DNA of 44,225 nucleotides from Psammoneis japonica (lineage: Eukaryota): positions 248,001 through 292,225 of the forward strand of contig QPGO01000102.1 in the NCBI GenBank assembly GCA_008632985.1. The letters are read 5' to 3'. Both the position numbers and the translations under genes were made by a program. The notes beneath the pieces are model-generated. The model worked only from the letters and a program-made list of their open reading frames with translations, did not search any database and was not told the origin of the DNA. Positions 20,420-33,637 of this stretch are shown here, in pieces (position 1 is the first letter of the stretch; every line of letters begins with the position of its first letter).

Positions 20420-23400
20420 ATGTCGGCACCAACGTCGCGTCCGGTTCATCCGTGTGCCTTGTCTGTCTTTGATGGAAGCATCGGAGCAGAATACTCGACA
20501 TGGGCGCACCTTATCCCTGGTAACTTGCCAAACTTAGTGACTGCTCAGAGTTCTACGCTTAGGATTTACCGAGTGCATGAAGAGACAGGAACATGCATTC
20601 TGGTAGAGTCCTTTAGCAATCTAGCCGGGAGTGTTTGCTTTCTCGATACTCTGTCGTCTCAGGACGAGCCCGATGCCCTCTTGATTGGGTTTTCGGGTCA
20701 TCCTCGATTAGCTATTGTGACTCTTTCCAAGGAAAAGGCATCGTATCCACTCTTGCTCGCAACTAGCTTGCTGGATCTGTCGCCTGCTCTTGCAGATGCG
20801 AGTTTGGGATCAGTAACGCCGCTAGAGCAAGACATGGTTGTTGGTATTGACCACCACAAGAGTAAAAAGTCGGTATCGGTATGCGTCATTTTGGGTGGTG
20901 GCGTTGCAGTTGCAACCCTGACTTTGCAGCATTCCAAGGACGGTTGGTATGCTAATGATCCTTATATGCTGCCCCTGGCAACGCTTTGCGACAAGACTTT
21001 AAATTCGGAAGAATCCGTCGGGTCGACAAAGCAAACCAAAAAGACACCAGCAGGAGCGACTGGCAACGTGCCATCTATTGCTCATGGCTTTGGGGATATT
21101 TTACACTCATGCTTTCTCGAGGGGTACTTGGAACCCACGCTTTGTTTGTTGCACTCCAACAAATCCGGACGTGCGTGTTCCGCAAGGTTGGGAAGGGCAT
21201 CGGCTGATACGACCGGGACAAGGAATTTCATGGTGGTGACCACCATTAGTGTGTCTGTGCTACATCAAAGGAGTGCGGTCTTGTGGTCGGTCGCCGTACC
21301 TGCGGATGCATTGCTATTGCAACCTTACAAGTGCGGAGTCATGGTGCAGAGTGTAAACTCTATCATGCATATTGCAAATTCGGGGAGGGTAGAAAATCTA
21401 CTGGGAGTGAATGGGTGGGTACGATCGACTTTACCTCCTGGTCTGGAGGTCCAAACGAACCCATGGCCACTGCCGAAACTTGCGATACAGTTGGATGGTG
21501 CGCACATTTCTATTTTGGTTGACGATTCAAAAGACGCCACCAGCGCCATTGTAGCCTTACGTGGAGGGCAATTGTACACGTTAAACTGGGATGGAAGGCA
21601 TTGTGGATTGGCGCCCATGCCATGGACGCTGGGGACGATCGGACAAGTCGCCAACCTCCGTGCGTGGCCCCTTGGCGACTTGAAAGAAATCATGCCAAAG
21701 AAAATCGTCAAGGCCGACAAGCAGAGTTCAAAACTGGGAATACTCTTCGTGGGAAGTCGAATGGGAGATGCATCACTCCTAGCGTATGGGCTTGAGAACA
21801 ATGTGGTATTAGCAGACTTCAATGATAACAAACGCGAGGGAGGAACAAAGCGCAAACGGGACGAAGATAATGGCGAAGTTGTCATCAAGAAGGAGCCTAC
21901 TCCCAAGAGCGCAGCAGAAGAATATGAAGCTATGCTTCAGTTAGAGGAAGATGCCCTTTATGCACCTACTGACACGGACCACCTCCAAGAACCGGATATT
22001 GTCCCTCCGAGCGACGATGATGAAGAGTATGTTTCGGAAACCCTGGCCCACGAAGCAAACCGTCCAAAGCTAAAATCAATGACGGCTGTTCGTACCTTGA
22101 CAACCTTGGACTCCATCACTGCTCTTGGACCGGTGGGCGAGGGATGCGTAGGTCCTTTGACAGGAGCCGCAAGCAAATCGCCTTCACAAGTTGTCTCTTC
22201 TGCGAGTGCCGGTTCCCTTTCTTGCAATACTCATGTTTTGCCCTGCGGGCATGGATCAAGTGGTGGTTTGGCTCTGGTTACCACGCCTGGACGTGACGAC
22301 CGCTCAATCATGGCCGAGGCCGACTGTCTCAATATGACTTGCCTGTTTGGTTTACCAAAACACGGATTAGTACTCCTGGGAAAGTCGAAAGGGATGCATG
22401 TTTTAAAGCTAAAGAAGCAAACGGAACTCGAGGATGTGGATTTGATTAGTTGGTGCGGGGGTATCGATGACCCTGATTCGACAACTTTGTGGAATCCCCT
22501 GCACGTGTTGTTGCGAACTTGTATAATGAGTGCATCGGAGCTGAGCGACGAATTTGACGAAGCGTACATGGTACTGCTGGTCGAGGACAGCCAAAGCGAT
22601 GAATCGTTTCCAAGGATCCAACAAACTCCATTGTTGTTTTGAAACAAAGTGAAGAAAAGTTGCAAGTGGCATTTGTGTATGAAATTGGACAAGGTCAGGG
22701 ATCCTTACTTTCAGTGACTCCGATGATTCGCCATGACGATGACTGGAGTCCGACGCTTTACTTTGGGTGTACCTGGTCTTCTGGTAATGGAACGGTTACT
22801 ACGATTAGACCGCCAAACGCCAACGACGAAGAATTTACAGGAGCTGATTCAATCTTTGATGGCGAAGTCGTTGAAAAGATGGAAATTGAGGAAGAAGAGG
22901 AGAACTATGATCAATATTACCAAAGCAATAGAATTGTTGCCATGGATGTATTCGTTTCGGCAAAAGGGCTTTTTCTTCCTCCGTCAAGTAAGGATTCGAA
23001 GCTCACTGTAAACCAGGCAGAGGCGAAAAAAGCGAGCAAGCAGTCTACGAAACAAGAGAAGATCGAAGCGACTACTTCGGTTAGCAACATTATCCCATCT
23101 GACGACCAACTGGCAATATTTGACGAGGAAGATCTGGAGTTGTACGCCCCTGAGGAAAGAGAGACGACCGCTTCTTCGAGTGTCACGACGAAGCCTTTCG
23201 CAACGAAGTCGATTGATGCCAAGAACAAGGAACTCTACATTGCCGTATGTCGTCAGTCGGGGCTTTTACAGATTCATCGCCTACCTGTGGTTGGCGGCAC
23301 AATGACACAGTCAGAATTGGTATGGGAATCACCGGGATGTGGCCACGGAATGCCGGCACTTTTTCCCAACATTGCCGGGAATGCCTCGCCCAGAACTCCA

Positions 23401-25914
23401 AGAATGCACACGGTTCATACTGCTGAATTTCGATTCTTTGTGTGCGGCCCATCTCTGGATATTCCCAAAAAGGTGCAGCCTACCGGCTTATCAGATTTTC
23501 GGACCTTGTGCATCGCCATTGAAACCACCGCAGGAGACGTGTACCTGTATAAGATGGAGCAAAGCCCCGCTAATGGGACGACCTTCGTCCGATCACCACT
23601 TGGTGTTGTTGGCAGACCGAGTCTGGAGCAATCAAGACACCGGGCCAAACTGAAACGAAAAGGCATTTTGCCAAGCTCCGCGAGTAATGAAGAATCCGAT
23701 CCCAACACACTACGCTACAATAGTCTGCATCCGTTTCGGGGGATATCGGGCCAGGACGGTTTGTTTGCAGCGTGTGCTCGACCGTTGTGGTTTGTTTCTG
23801 AGCGAGGGTCGCCTACCTTTCTTTGCCATCGGTCTCGGCATGTTGCACCCGCTGGTGGAAAGTTTCGACCGGTTGCCGGATTCTGCTCCGGACTGTTTGT
23901 AAGTATTTTGTCATCCGTACTTGTTCTCATTGCGCTCTCTTTGCACTCACGTGATTTTATCAATTGTAGAAGCAGGGAAAATCTGCTGTCGGTGGTGGTG
24001 GGTTCCTCACACTACACGAACGTGTTGGTCGTGTCGGTAGCCAGCGCTTGACTTGTTTCCGCGGGTAAGTTCAGTCTGATGCTTAGACCTACTGCTTGTG
24101 TCTGCGTCTCATAAAGATTACCTTGTCTATGTTTTTTTTTTCAGATTACCAAACGTATTTGCTTCCTACGGATTCTTTCCTGGATCCGGACTATGTGTCG
24201 AGAAAGTGCCGCTTGGTGTAACTGTGCGCCAGATCCAATTCATCGACGACTCGCACGTTTCTTCCCGCGAACACCCGCTTTATGCAGCGCTGATCTCACG
24301 TGAGTTGGAGCAGGATCAGACAAACTTGAATGACGACGGCCTTACGACAGAAGAAAGGGAGAGGCAACAAAAAGAAAAGGAAGACGCAAAAATCAAAAGA
24401 CAAGTCGAAGCAGACCTGGGCGGTTTCGACATGGAGCAGGAGTGGGTAGAGGAAATTGAGCGGGAGAATTGCTTTGATGTGGACAAAGCGATTGGTGGCG
24501 CACCGCCAATCCGCAAGAGCGCGTATGCTCTTTGGATTGTGGATGCATCCAACAACTGGAACGTTGTGGATTCATATGAACTCGATGAATACGAACACGG
24601 ACTAACTATGAGTGTAATGTCGCTAACCGACGTAAGTATCTGTAATCACTTTGTTTCGCTGCGTTTGTGATCGAACCAGCGGCTGATCCTCTTGGTATTG
24701 CTGAACAGGTTGCTGACGAAACGGGCAAAGTGGCGACTATCGTTGAGACGACTGAAACTGATAATTTGTTCATCACTGTTGGAACTGGGGTCGTGGATCA
24801 AGATGGAGAAGACGTTGCTTCCAAGGGCCGAGTTCTTTTATTTGAAGTCAAGCGAGAGAAATCCGCGGTAACTGGGGCTGCTGCGGACTTGTCCCTCGTA
24901 TACGAAAAGAACATCATGCACGGTCCAGTGACATCTCTAAGCTGCCTGTCGTGCGAAGGTCGCCAACGCATAATCATTGGAGCCGGATCTGACGTTAATG
25001 TGGAGCAATGGGGCAACGGCAAGCTCACGCAGGTTGGTTTCTTCCGAGCACAAATGCACATCAAGGACATTTTGTTGTTTAAGACGTTCTTTATCTTGAG
25101 CGATGCGTGAGTACAAGCGCTCGAATTGCCTTTCTTTCTCCTCGGTTTTGTTGCGACGTAGTTCCTTACGACCATTCTTTACTGTATGTTTTCCCCAATC
25201 AGATATGATTCGTTGTATTTCTTGGTGTGGCGTGAATCTGACAAGAGCTTAACGCTGCTCGCAAAGGACTACGAGCCGGTTCCGGTGTATGCGTCGGGTA
25301 TCATGAGTCGCGGAGGCTCCGTTTCGTTTGTCTGTCACGACGATAGACAAAATCTTCAGTTCTTTCAGTATGCTCCTGGTGATGCCGCAGCTCGTGGTGG
25401 CAACAAGCTGGTTTGTCGAGCCGATTATCACTTGGGCTCACAAACCGTATCCATGCAAAGCCACTTTTGCCGGTCCAGCCTTCTCATCAACTCGGCTACT
25501 ACGACCAGCACGCTAGAAGCACTAAAGCAGCAAGACACGTTCGTAGGGCGGACCGATGATGATCAGCGCATGGGTGTTAACTTTGGCACCTCTGATGGGG
25601 GATTGGTGGCGGTCGTGCCACTGAGTGAACCAGCATTTTGGCGTCTCACAGCGCTGCAGAGTGTCCTGACGAATGCGCTGGAAAGTCATTGCTCTCTTAG
25701 TCATCGAGCTTGGCGGTTGTATCGGAGGACTCCCCGACGAAGTGGATGCCGCAGCAATGACCGAAAAAAGGGAGTCATTGACGGAGATCTTGTGCTACAG
25801 TATGCTGATTTGGACCTGCCGGAACAAGAAGATGTGGCGAGTTCAATCGGGTCAACCGTAGAGTTGATTTTGGACAATCTCTTGGAAGTCCGGTGTGCCA
25901 GCATGGTAGTTTAA
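20420..25914 (+). CDS. CPSF1: Cleavage and polyadenylation specificity factor subunit 1 (CPSF160)
   Basis: N-terminal NLVTAQSSTLRIY, LFVGSRMGDASLL, GED...KGRVLLF, LTLLAKDY and C-terminal GVIDGDLVLQY motifs. Introns 23899-23969, 24065-24144, 24632-24708 and 25107-25202 keep frame; one 1-nt frameshift near 22608. Confidence 0.93.
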
Positions 25915-25962
25915 CGATAGCAGCAAGATATTGAAGACTCTGGTAGTGATAGTTTTCTTCTG

Positions 25963-26470
25963 TCAAAGACTTTTGTACTTGTACTTTGCTTCTTTAGTTC
26001 TTGGAGCGCTTTTGTCGTCATGTTGGCGTCTCGTCTAAACATGATGGAACAAAGACACGTAAAGGTGTTTCCAACCGCTATGGCCACGTGCGGCTCCATG
26101 CCATGATCGAGTTGATTTTTCAAGGTGTACAACGGTACAAGAGGAATGAGCACCGGAATAAAGTGGATCACGTAGTCCCACGATTCGAGCGGACAAGGTT
26201 TGATGCGTTGTTCGAGGCACGCATGTGGAGAATGGCAGCGTACACAGAATGGGCAAATAGGTGCTTCCAACCATCATTTTTAGCAGGAACAAGAAACGCA
26301 ACTGCCATGGATACAATTGCCATCAAGACGCAAACGAAGCTAAACACACGGTTGACCTTTTGCTGCTGTTGCATGGCGGCTTGTTGGAGAGTTTCAACAA
26401 TCTGTTCCTGCTCATCCTCGTCTAAAGGTGTCGCTGTATCATCTTTCTCTTGATTTGTCCGGCGTCTCAT
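25963..26470 (-). CDS. Small multi-pass membrane protein (conserved hypothetical)
   Basis: MRRR..LDEDEQEQIV N-terminus, several hydrophobic segments and a C-terminal KYKYKSL* recovered across two apparent 1-nt indels (~26180, ~25993). Confidence 0.65.
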
Positions 26471-26971
26471 GATGACAATGATGTAGTTCTTATGTTGTTA
26501 CTGCTTCTGAATGTTGTTGTTATTATCGCTGTTAGCCATTGCTGTTTGCAGGAGGAGCGCCAAGCCAAAGCGGGAATGACGGGGGATGTATCCACGTTCT
26601 GGCCAGATGTGCCAAGCCTCTTTTTTCCGATACTGTTCTTTCATATATATAATTTTTTATACTGTATTGGTTGTCGGAGTGAATTTTGGAATTTCATAAT
26701 CTCTACTATCACACTTTATGTACTTCATTTCCGTTGAAACGACTGTCATGCGTCGTGACAAAGAGCCGCGACCACAGATCAAATTTTTGCAGGGATCTAC
26801 CATTGCGTCGACTACACACAACAAATTCGACGAGAAAAAGTGGGACTTTAGCTTTATCCTCCCTCAACAGCTCCCTTCTCATCACATCACTCTTGTTACT
26901 TTGCTTTCCCATCGTTCAATCGAGAGAGATTGCGTTTAAGGACCTTGGAGATAATAGAATACAGCTCAGCA

Positions 26972-28701
26972 ATGAAGGTCGAACATTGCCTCGGATGGCT
27001 TTTGTATTATCGATATTGCTGTTGGATCACCAAGTGCTATGTGAAAACGTGAAAAAGGAGCTTCCAGTTGACCGAGTGCGAGGTGTAAAGAGACCACTTC
27101 ATCGCCGTCTGAAAGAAGATAAAAAAGAAAAGAAGTGTGAGAATACCCTCGGCGCTACGTGTCCCCCAACCCCGCCTCCGACCCCTAGGCCAACGCCACC
27201 TCCCACGCCACTTCCGACCCTTGAACCAACTCCACCTCCTTCACGCACCCCGACACGTGCACCATCACCGCCTCCTACCCCAGCGCCGAGCCCTTCTCCA
27301 ACTGCTCTGCCTACGCAAGCCCCGACGCCTCGACCAACTCTCGCGCCTTCTCCACCCCCTACGCCAGGACCGACTTCTACTCCTTCACTGACGCCAACGT
27401 CTGCACCGAGCTCTAGCCCATCACAGGCGCCGACGCTATCATTTGCTCCGACAGATGTGCCATCAAGTTCACCCACCGACTTTCCTTCGGAGCTACCGTC
27501 AAGTTCGCCCACTGACTTTCCTTCGGAGCTACCATCAGCGTCTCCTGCACCATCAGCTTCTCCAACGGCATCACCTGCACCAAGTTTGTCTCCTTCGGGA
27601 GCACCATCAGCTTCTCCAACGGCATCATCTGTCCCCAGTTTGTTTCCTTCGGGAGCACCATCAGCTTCTCCAACGGCAACGGCAGTTCCGACTGTGCAAC
27701 GACTTGAATCAGAAGAGATTACCAATGAAGATGGCACCAATGCAACAGTGACGACTTGTGTACGGAAACCAGAAGAAAGTCTAGAAGCTGAGGAACCTTG
27801 TATTATAACTATACAATGTTTCTTGTGGAAGGAGCAGATCCTAAGGTGATTGTGGACGACATTCAAGCCGGTCTTCATGTCGACTTGGCGAAGACCTTGA
27901 TGACATGCGATTTTTCTCGGAGGAGGCGGTTCCTACAAGCAAGAGATGATTTTTACGTTCTATCTACAAACCCAACGGATCAAGTCAGCTTTTGCAGTGA
28001 CGATGAAGTTGTGTCAGGATCAGACTGCTACAAGGTGGAAGGAGGAATTACGTCTGTTTTTACGGCTCCTGCAACAGATGCTGAGCTCGAGAGTACATTT
28101 GGCCCAGCCATTGCAGACTTCTTACAATCCGAAGCAGAAAGCAACCCTGACATTAATTCAATATCGGGATTTGAGATAACTGATACCCCTCCCGGAGATA
28201 GAGAAAATGGTCCAGGCAGTGGAATCATAGCTCCTGACAACCCCTCGAATGGAGGTTTCGATAATTGGATCATTATTGTGGCGTGCGTAGGAGCTGGTAT
28301 CGCTCTCATCATTCCTATAACGGCAGCTGTGATTTACCGCCGTCGTCGACGACGACGACGACGTAGGGGCCCTACCTCTAAGAAATCGTCCAACAACGTG
28401 GTAGCGAGGGAGGTTCAAACCGGACCCGACATTACGATTCTTCAAGAAGAAGAGGAGGAGAGCGACGATGACTTTCAAGGTGGCTATATAATGGATAGAA
28501 TTGAAGATGGGGGCCCCAGAAGTCATGGGTCCGGTGGAAGAGGGAATCGACTATTATTATCCAGAAGAGGAGAAAGAAAAGAAGTCTGATCCAACCTTTT
28601 TGAGCACACGCCAAATATCGGACTTGGCTCCTAATCGAGATATGACAGGAAACGAAGGGAATGCGAGGAAGTACGTGTCACCTGATACAGTCATGTTGTA
28701 G
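26972..28701 (+). CDS. Type-I membrane, Pro/Ser/Thr-rich (PT.P/PSASP repeat) cell-surface protein
   Basis: Hydrophobic N-terminus (start ATG 26972 or 26995), HRRL motif, PTP/PSASP repeats, Cys-containing domain, TM segment followed by poly-Arg. Joined across 1-nt frameshifts near 27795 and 28510. Confidence 0.75.
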
Positions 28702-29419
28702 ACAGAGCATGACTTGAATGCTAGCCTTTGGAGAGCCAGTGATGACACTGTTTTTTTTAAGCTTCATCCTTTCGGTGACAAAGGATCGTTCATGAGGTTG
28801 TGCGTCACATTATTGTTCTTTTTCTTCTCGTGAGAACTGTCCTTTAATGAGTTCACACCGAGTCGTCCTCCAGAAATGCATAATCACGCTTCATAGACTC
28901 GTACTTAGATATTTTGATTTTGTAAAATGAAAGTGATTCAAACCTAGTTAGATTTTTCCACTCTACCAGCTGCCCTGTTGGCAAAACGGAATGCGCATCG
29001 TCAACATCTAATTGCAGTTTTGGTCGATATCATGCCGCCGATGACAAGGACCGACTCGTGACGCTCAATGTTTTAGGCATTGCTAGCACAACTACTTGAA
29101 CGTGCAATTTTGCTTTTCGTTGTGATTCTTCTACAAAGAATTACTATTTCTATCGCGAGATCGGCTGTAGCTACAAACCACAGGCGACGGCAAAACTCTT
29201 ATCAGCTCGACGCTTATACACCAGCTCCAAGCCGATATCCTGAGCATGAACAAATGCAGTGACGGCTGGACTACTATCAACCGGAAAGAGCAAAGCCGTC
29301 AGAATTCCTACAACGCTTCACTAGCTCCAAGCCAGTGAACATGGTTTTCAAATGAAAAGTGGGCCATCTTGCTAAAGAGAGTTTGTTGGTTTCTGTGCAA
29401 CCAACGCTCCCTAATGGAT

Positions 29420-30475
29420 TCACTCGGACGACGAGCTCTCGTTTGTCTCTTGACTAATGGGCTTGTTCCTGCGAGGCCTCCACCTGGCGGCATTGCACGC
29501 AGCCTTATGATTCTCCCAATCTCTGGTGAGGCAATCGTTGTTGCAGTACCAGGTAATGTCACATCGATTGCACACCTGCATGTCCTCCGATTCCCTACCG
29601 CAACTGCGACACGTTGGAACTATCGTACTCAGTTCTGCTTGAGCCGAAGTACAAAGCCTTTCAACATGCTGATCAGCCCCAGCATTGAAATCGAGGGTCT
29701 CTCTGAGGAAAGCGTCGCCTCCTGCAGCAAGGAGGGCAGAAGGGTTCCCATACAGGTCTTCATCGGACAACACTGACAAAAGCGCGCATCCGAAAACTTG
29801 AATTGATTCGTTGCCCTGGAATCTCTTCAAGCATGCCAGAATTGTTGGGATTGCTCCAAAACCAATAAGCTCCGATACTGAGAATGAGAGTTGATCATCG
29901 CTTTCATCCCGAAATACTTCATCCATGGTAGTACTCAGTGCCAGTGCCTCCAGCGCATACCGACATAGAATCTCGTCCTTGGTAACTTTTAGAACCGCCG
30001 TTGTCGCTCGAATACTTCCAGCTTGTATGACAGCATTGAGATGGTCTCCCGTCAGCAATACCAAAATAAGGAGTCCACGCTGCACGCATTCAGCGGCTAT
30101 CTCAGCGTTCCTATCTTCCTGATAGTCGATTAAGACAGTCTTGATGAGAGCAATGACAACCGGGATGCCGCCGTCACGGACAACTTCTTGCTTGTGCGTT
30201 TTGCTGCGGCACACAGCATGGGCAAGTATGCCGTTACCTGTTCGTAGAATATCTCTATCTTGAGGTTTCTCACGCATCAAGGATATGAACGAAGCAATGC
30301 CTCCAGCATCCAGAACAGCCGGCAATACACGATCCTTGTCCGTGTCGAGGGCAAACGAGAGCCGTTCAAAGGCACTCATTTTCATGTTATCGTCAGTTGA
30401 TGCCATCCTGATTACCAACTCTGAAACATGCCGCCTCGTGTCTTTTAGTCTATTGCGTCGGCTTTTCTTTCCCAT
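29420..30475 (-). CDS. ARM-repeat plus MYND zinc-finger protein
   Basis: MGKKSRR start; armadillo-like GGI..I repeats; C-terminal CRSC..CNRC...YCNNDC...DWENHKAAC. Confidence 0.88.
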   Translation of the reverse strand: MGKKSRRNRLKDTRRHVSELVIRMASTDDNMKMSAFERLSFALDTDKDRVLPAVLDAGGIASFISLMREKPQDRDILRTGNGILAHAVCRSKTHKQEVVRDGGIPVVIALIKTVLIDYQEDRNAEIAAECVQRGLLILVLLTGDHLNAVIQAGSIRATTAVLKVTKDEILCRYALEALALSTTMDEVFRDESDDQLSFSVSELIGFGAIPTILACLKRFQGNESIQVFGCALLSVLSDEDLYGNPSALLAAGGDAFLRETLDFNAGADQHVERLCTSAQAELSTIVPTCRSCGRESEDMQVCNRCDITWYCNNDCLTRDWENHKAACNAARWRPRRNKPISQETNESSSSE

Positions 30476-30891
30476 GGTCAAGTCAACTCTTTGATTTTTC
30501 TATGACAGCTACTAGCAATGCCACGCGCTGTTTTTTGTTTTTGGGCTGTTGTGCCTTCGTCCGTCACTAGTCCCTGCTGCTGCCTGCGCTGCGCGCCACG
30601 CACGCACGCGCAAGCAAAGCGCTTGAAATTTTTCTATGGACAGACCCACAGACCGCGAAAATTTGGGTAAAACCTTCACAAATCCAACGTTGAACGAGGG
30701 ACAATGGCCAGCCACAATTCTGTTCCGTTTTCCAGTCGAATCTACGGCGTCCTAGGGATGCACAGTAGGCTGTAGTACAATGTGCACGAGAAGCTGCTCA
30801 TTTGGGCGGAAGTGAGTGCTCATAAAATTCTCTCGACAACATTTTGTGTGCCACCACATTTTGATCCTCAGAAAACACAGCGACATTCACC

Positions 30892-31938
30892 ATGATTCTT
30901 AAATCATTGCTCTTGGCTACCCTCCTTGCCCCCTCCATGGCGAACGATACCGACGATCACTCACATCGTGATCTTCAAAACGGTAGGGGCGTCAAGGCTC
31001 GAGTCTCGCGACTCGAACGCAAGGTTGACGATATCTACCACACGCTTGACTACCTGAAGGGCTTATTTGACCCCGACAATAACTTCTATGGCCTCTTTGA
31101 GAGTTTCTCCAACTTGGAAGAAAACTACAAGCACTTACAGGAACAATACGACTGCTTGAGGTCGTCAGGCTATCATGTAAATGAATATGGCGATCTCGTT
31201 CAAGACTTTCATTGCTACGGACAGTACTACCAGCACAACTTGGGACATGTGGTTGGTCCTCCTGGCCGCTGCGACTGTCACGATGACTACCCAAACGACT
31301 ACCACGACGATGACTCGGATGACATTGGCGAAATCACCGTTCTTCCGTCCTGCCGTGCCTACTACGAAGCCGGGTATACCCACGATGGAATCTACGCGAT
31401 TGATCCCGATGGTCCAAACAACGGCGTTGACGTTTTCAAGGTGTGGTGCGACCAAACCACAACGATTCAGACTCCTGCTGGTGTGAATGTGACTGGTGGA
31501 TGGGCCCTCTTTGCGTACCACCGTGGTGGACAAAATCCCAAGAAAATCCTTCGGAGCTTTGTGAGCCCCGATGAGTTTGCCGTCTCGTTCGATAACCACT
31601 GGAAGGCGATCCGTAGCACCATGGAATATGGAATGATCTTTATCGATGAGTTCAACCAGACTACTGCCATCTCCAAGGACGTGTTGGAAAATGAAACAAA
31701 CTGCCACAGCCCAAGTCAGAACCCAAGTCTCATTGGCGGACGAAACAAGTTTCTCTTTTGGAAGGAAGCGGATTGCAATGCCGATGGCGAAGACTATTGT
31801 GGCGTCACGTTACACGCCAACCGTGCTGCTGGAGCGTCTCTTGCCGCACAATGTGGGGTCGAAATCTTTGATGCATGGCCGTACAATGGTACATTGTCGT
31901 TCTACGAGCAGCGAGAACTCAAGTACTTTGTCGGCTAG
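30892..31938 (+). CDS. Secreted protein with a fibrinogen C-terminal-like domain
   Basis: Signal peptide, coiled coil, GPPG, then SCRAYY..DGIYAIDPDG..FKVWCDQTT..GGW. Confidence 0.8.
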   Translation: MILKSLLLATLLAPSMANDTDDHSHRDLQNGRGVKARVSRLERKVDDIYHTLDYLKGLFDPDNNFYGLFESFSNLEENYKHLQEQYDCLRSSGYHVNEYGDLVQDFHCYGQYYQHNLGHVVGPPGRCDCHDDYPNDYHDDDSDDIGEITVLPSCRAYYEAGYTHDGIYAIDPDGPNNGVDVFKVWCDQTTTIQTPAGVNVTGGWALFAYHRGGQNPKKILRSFVSPDEFAVSFDNHWKAIRSTMEYGMIFIDEFNQTTAISKDVLENETNCHSPSQNPSLIGGRNKFLFWKEADCNADGEDYCGVTLHANRAAGASLAAQCGVEIFDAWPYNGTLSFYEQRELKYFVG

Positions 31939-32517
31939 ATCGGCAACCTTGAATCAGGCGATAGGAAACTAGTCTAATTAGTTTAGGTGATCATTAGACG
32001 AAAAGCTGTACCATTAGCCTATTTAGCCTGTAATGCACTACCGGTATGAATACATCGTAGGGAATGAATCGGCTGAGTTGTTCACTGATGGCTTCAAGGA
32101 AGGCAACACTCTCTACAGCGCGAGAAAATAGCCGCACATTCTCTAGCTAGAGACAATATTCTTCCAAAAGGTCTGTGAAGAATCAGGAAAGACTAGGTCC
32201 AGGCTAGCTACTGTAGCGTTGAATGGACTCTAGCTCTAGAGATGGTACTAGAGTAAATAGTGAAAAGGAGGAGGGCACGCTAGTTTCCAAAATGCGTTTG
32301 TCTTTGTTCGATCAAGCTATCTGAGTCAGTGTCCGACAGAAATGACACAGACAACTTTTTACTTCCAAACCACTTACTTCGGTTCTCTAACGTAGAATTC
32401 TACGTAACTTCCAGTACAAGTCACACACCATTTCAGCGGCACTCAACACACGACGGTCGCGAAAAGCGCATCAACCGTGTGAGATTGTTGTCAGCAACGG
32501 GGTAAATAGAAACAACC

Positions 32518-33154
32518 ATGCCTCCTTCTCAATCAGTTCAAGTATTCGGAAAGTGAGTGAAAAATAGCGCTAAGTGGATGGGTATGACGGGTGTTCTTGA
32601 TGAAAAGCGTTGTAGATCGAGCGGCCATGGCGTGTTGCTCCGCTTTTTTGTTTGGGTTATGTGTCCGTCTCTATCGATGGGACCATGATGTTTTAGCGCG
32701 TAGAAAAAAGGCCTCCCTCTGACGCTTCATTTTCTTTTTTTCCCTGTTGCTGTATAGGAAAAAGACTGCAACGGCATGTGCGTTTGCCAAGCAGGGCCGA
32801 GGCCTCATCAAGGTGAACGGCCAGCCCATTGAGAACATTGAGCCAGAGTCGCTTCGTCTGAAGGTGTTTGAGCCAGTGTTGATTGTTGGGCAAGATAAGT
32901 TCTCCAACTTGGATATCAGGATCCGAGTCAAGGGAGGTGGTATGACTGCTCAAATTTATGCCATTCGTGCCGCTATTGCCAAATCGATTGTTGCATACCA
33001 CGCCAAGTATGTTGACGAGAGTTCCAAGAATGAGCTTCGCAACACCTTGATCCAGTATGACCGCAACTTGCTTGTCTCTGATCCCCGTCGGTGTGAACCG
33101 AAAAAGTATGGTGGACGCAGTGCTCGTTCGCGTTTCCAGAAATCTTATCGTTAA
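32518..33154 (+). CDS. RPS16: 40S ribosomal protein S16 (uS9)
   Basis: Exon 1 32518-32552 ([12 protein letters not shown]), intron 32553-32757, exon 2 KKTATA...[24 protein letters not shown]. Confidence 0.98.
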
Positions 33155-33637
33155 GCAATAGTAACACCCTTTGTGGATAAGAAAACGTCAAGTTGTAGTA
33201 GTGCTAGAGTAGGAGAGTTAGAAACTAGGAGTAGAGTAGCACATTCTAGATCTTGCGTTTGAAATGCAATCTTATTGCGACAAAACTAGAGATTCAGGAG
33301 ATCGCTACGTTAACATATTCCGTGCTTTGGAAGAAGCTGACAATGGATAGATGCGTTGGAAGTGTTCATCTAGTATACTACTTATCGGGTCTACGTCACA
33401 CTTTTAAAGCATCCATACATCAACCCTACACTCTCCGCGTATTCACGCTACTTGTAGCTAGAAGTAGAGAGCATAATGTAGAATCAATTTTGGACCAAGC
33501 AACTTAAACTATACTTGGTTGTAGCCTATTCACTAGTCACAAAACACATTCAAGATGATATATTTTTATGCCAAGCACACTCTTGTGTTGGTGTGTCGCG
33601 CGCCCCCGCAAAAGGCACTGTAGTCTGACGCAAAAGA

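Noticed and set aside
22600..22645. Frameshift in CPSF160 read as programmed frameshifting or pseudogenisation
   Set aside because: Adding one T to the TTT run restores the frame (ESFSKDPTNSIVVL). Similar single-base losses in short runs occur near 25993, 27795, 28510 and 41038, typical of long-read assembly error in otherwise intact genes.
27099..27878. 259-aa Gly/Val-rich minus-strand ORF
   Set aside because: Antisense shadow of the Pro/Ser/Thr repeat gene.
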